Program-made: the position numbers and the translations under genes
Source: Chrysomallon squamiferum
Lineage: Eukaryota; Animalia; Mollusca
Direction: 5' to 3'
NCBI GenBank assembly: GCA_012295275.1
Contig: CM022668.1
Coordinates: forward strand, 2,418,001-2,482,000
DNA length: 64,000 bases
The notes under the pieces: model-generated
What the model was told of the DNA's origin: nothing
Databases searched by the model: none
Seen by the model: only the letters and a program-made list of their open reading frames with translations
Part shown: one piece after another, positions 41,312-64,000 of the stretch
Layout: every line of letters begins with the position of its first letter
How positions within the stretch are numbered: position 1 is the stretch's first letter

Positions 41312-43176
41312 TCAAAGGAAATATATTATAACTACTATTATTATTTTAAATCTAGATGACCCTTTTGCATAAAGAAAGAATAACGCTATATGTAATCCTA
41401 TTTTAATTTTATAATCTTAGTGATATACAGAACATAATTATCTACATTCTATATATTCATTAATTCATCATTAAAAAAATTATAGTGGCTTTTTTTTAAT
41501 TTTCTACAGACAACAATATTTATTTAGGTTTTTTTTTTTTTTTTTTTTTTTGCTGTCCATTTTTAATTAATAATGAAGTATAACAAGAAGGAAGTTAAAA
41601 TTTAAAATATCTAGAAACCGTAATAATTTTTGTGATGTCATCATATACGCAGCAGATCAGTTTGTTAAAGATACAGTTCCCTATCGGCCACGTGTGCAGT
41701 GACGTCATGATTCCAGCTATCAAACTACTATTAAGAGGTTTACAACAGCACAATTTTATTGCCCTATTTTCTTATTCAGTCATAGTTTTATCAAAACAAT
41801 AAAATAATAACTTGGAACAATATTTATTTTTAATTTTTTTTATATATTTTTTTTTAGACCATTCATTCATTCATATTTCAGCAAGTACCATTTTAACACT
41901 TTCTACAGACGTAATTTCATTAATCTTAATTTATTTGTTGAATTTGCACTTTAAATCGCAGAGAAATAAAGTCATCACAGAAAAATTAAATTAATTCGCT
42001 TAACAGCCACGGTGTTCTTTCAGATAAACGTCTGCCTTTAATTACTTCTGAAACTAGAGGAACTGTCATTGTTAAAATTATTATCATTCAGTATTATTAT
42101 CACAGTTCACGATTTGTTACGTAAACAAAACTGAGACTCGTGTTTTGCATATTTTATTTAAGGCTCCTTTCAGTAACGTCTGAACATGTTTTTTTAATTT
42201 TCTTTTTAAATAATTATTCACTGCTGATTTTATTTTTAAAGTTATATCTTCTGAAATTTTAATATATATTTTAAAATTTCAGTTTTAACTTCATTTTAGA
42301 TGATGTTTAAACCTACTGATGAGTCCTACATGATTCAGTTAGATGTCTGAATGGCATAAATTACATCATTAATACATTAATATAAACTATCATTATGCAT
42401 TTCTGATCGTGTAAATTACATTTTTAATAAATTAATATAAACTATCATTATATATTACTCATGTTGTAAACTACATTATTAATAAATTAATATAAACTAT
42501 CATTACATATTTCTGATCGTGAAATTACTAAATTAATATCAGCCGTCATTACGTATTTCTGATATCAGAATATTATTAAACACCACAACGTGAATACAAA
42601 GCAGAAAAGAATTTGTTTCTTATCTGTCTGAGCTAGCATGGTTAGGTTGAAAGACATCTGTTCAACCTGAACTCACATATTATCACAGTTCTCGTGTTAT
42701 CGGTTGATAAACTGTTTTTACTGGACATTTCCATCTCTCTCTCTCTTATTTTTGTCTGTATGTGCTTAGAATATAGGAAGTAGATTGTTGTTACAAAACA
42801 ACCAAAATGTAGTTATTTCCCTTTGTCGGTTCAGTGTTAATTTGGAAGAATACAGTTCCATTTGTATGAAAAACAGAACCAGATTTAAGATGTTAATTCT
42901 CCCTCTGGTCAGCCACAAAGATGGGACACGCGGTCCCAGAGCCTGATCTTTGACCTTCGACCTTTGACACCAGCCTTCCAGCTGTTTCTTTGAGCAGGAG
43001 AGCTCTTGTTGTGTGTGACAGGGTTGCGGCCCTTGCCGATGGCGATGTGGAAAGTTTGACACTTCTGAGAGACGCTGGCAACTGGGACGCGAAGTTGAAA
43101 TGTCGTCGTGCGGCCAGCAAAGACAGGGTTAACATCGTAATGAGGTAAGATTTCGCGGGATGACGGTGTAAGGATG

Positions 43177-61855
<18,679 letters not shown>

Positions 61856-62531
61856 CTAAAAGTGAAAACAACATAAAAAATAAAGAAATAGCAAAATGCC
61901 ATAAGTGTAATGAATATAATTTAGAAAGGAAACTAGATTTACATTTAGTTGTCATTCGGAAAACGTCGCATCTGTTCGACAGTACTCAGTTATGATCGGA
62001 AAAGAACGTGAAACCATTAAAGTGAAGTTATTGCTAATATAAAAAAAAATCGTCGCAAAACAAACAAACAAACAAACAAATAAAATTATTTAAAAACATA
62101 TAATTGTATACATACATACATATAAAAATATATAAATACAAACATACATACATACATACATAAATACATACATACATATATAAATACACACACATACATA
62201 CATACATACATACATACGTAAATGCATAAATATATATACAAATAATTTTTTTATTATGTTTATTACATACTGATAATAAATACTAATTAAACTATTGCCT
62301 AAATATATCCATATTACGTATACATATCTAAGAAATGACGTCATACATCTCAGCTTCTATTCATCCTGTTATTTCATTTTTGTGCTTTATTGTTAACAAA
62401 GTTTGGTAGCTAGTAGAAATATATTTAACTGTTTGTTGCTGCCGCTAAATTACCTCTATACACAGTAAGATTTGATTCTAGATCCTGCTTTATTCCATTT
62501 ATTTAGTTATTTATTGTATTATAGTATTATT

Positions 62532-62616
<85 letters not shown>

Positions 62617-62622
62617 TACTAC

Positions 62623-62661
<39 letters not shown>

Positions 62662-62827
62662 TATTATTATTATTATTTTGTTTCTGTTTCTGTTGTTGTT
62701 GTTGTTGTTCTAAAGTGAAAGTACTTTGTGGATTTTTGACATAACGGTTATATTGAAAACATGAGGTTTTAAAATTATATCAGTATTAGATGGATATAGT
62801 TATTTATTTACTTACTTACTTACTAAT

Positions 62828-62866
<39 letters not shown>

Positions 62867-63427
62867 TTTTATTTGTTTATTTATTTATTTGTTTGTTTGT
62901 TTCTCTTTGTTTTTTTGTTTATTGAACGAAATTACTGGAATGCTTCAAAGAGTGAAAAAGAAAAAATATTAAAAACTGAAAAATAAAAAAATAAAAATAA
63001 AATTCTGTTATCGTTAACAAACACACCACTCCATCTGTACCACACTTTATTTTTTCTTTGTGAACAGAACGCAGGTAAAAATACCTGGAATAATCATTTT
63101 CTCAGATTAAAACTTGGGGTTAGTAACCCTTCGGTAAGGTAGTGCTTTTGGGAAAAGAAAAAACAGAATAAAAAAATAATTAAAATAAAATAACATTTAG
63201 AAGATAAATCTAGAAAGCAAAAATAGAAACAGAGAAAAAGAAAATGAAAAGCGAAGAAAAAAATAGCTTGCTAAAACGTGAAGTTATATTTTTACTTTTA
63301 TTTTTCTAAACATGAAACGATCATGATTGTCCAGTCTGGATGGATGGATGGATGGATGGCAGGATTGAATAAAGGATAGAGAGAATAGTGAAAAGACGAA
63401 CACAGAGTCAGAGTGAGTAAAAGAGAA

Positions 63428-63522
<95 letters not shown>

Positions 63523-64000
63523 AGAGACATAACTTGTTTATTGAACACATCTCCACTTAAACTGTTGTATGGCAAACATCCAGAAGTTTCGCAGTAGGCA
63601 GTTACTATGACAACACACTGCCTTACCCGGAAATGCTCTCTACATTTTTGTTTTCTCTCGTAGATCAATTGATCGATTTACGAGTATTTTACATTTTACA
63701 CTTCACACCTCCACACGTCTAATCCTCTTAGAGTTAATGACGTTGTCGTTTTTCTTTACAACACAATCTGCCTTTTTATTCCGTTCTAACGCGCCCCGCT
63801 CAATCTCTCTCTCTCTCTCTCTTTCTCTCGCTCCTTCTTCGCTCTATGATCTCTATAAAAAGCTAAAAACTATTTATTTTTGGTGTATCCAATTTCCGAC
63901 CTTGTTTTTGTAACAGAAAAGCGGTAGAATATTTTTTTGCAAAAACCCTGTCGAGTTGGTTATACTTTTGGCTTGCATCTGTAACGTCTGTTTGCAGAAA

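Noticed and set aside
63627-63680. Minus-strand donor CGG|GTAAGG in phase with the 61855 exon, as a possible first coding exon
   Set aside because: The frame has an upstream TAA and no ATG; it may be a non-coding exon, but the channel's start cannot be assigned here.

Overview
AT-rich, microsatellite-dense animal genomic DNA; a mollusc/lophotrochozoan origin is my inference from gene and repeat content. Three protein-coding genes are supported. (1) A complete 12-exon CASC3/Barentsz/MLN51 gene on the minus strand (12295->1268, about 1294 aa) with a long acidic C-terminal extension. (2) An intronless ST13/Hip co-chaperone on the plus strand (34990-36165). (3) A 5'-incomplete Cys-less ('Pro-loop', ELIC/GLIC-like) pentameric ligand-gated ion channel on the minus strand (61855->about 43177). 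Between CASC3 and ST13 lie decayed LINEs and local duplications. Highlights: two tandem 156-nt paralogous exons, 55 nt apart, each encoding the channel's M1-M2 loop and pore-lining M2 helix (candidate mutually exclusive pore switch); three copies of an L1Tc/ingi-type HDV-like ribozyme fold at the head of an I-group LINE; a frame-switching 23-nt microexon feeding two alternative terminal exons; and tandem repeats that copy exon/intron junctions, one of which creates in-frame 24-nt candidate microexons. All exon models were built by eye from GT/AG sites and reading-frame phase; none has transcript support here.
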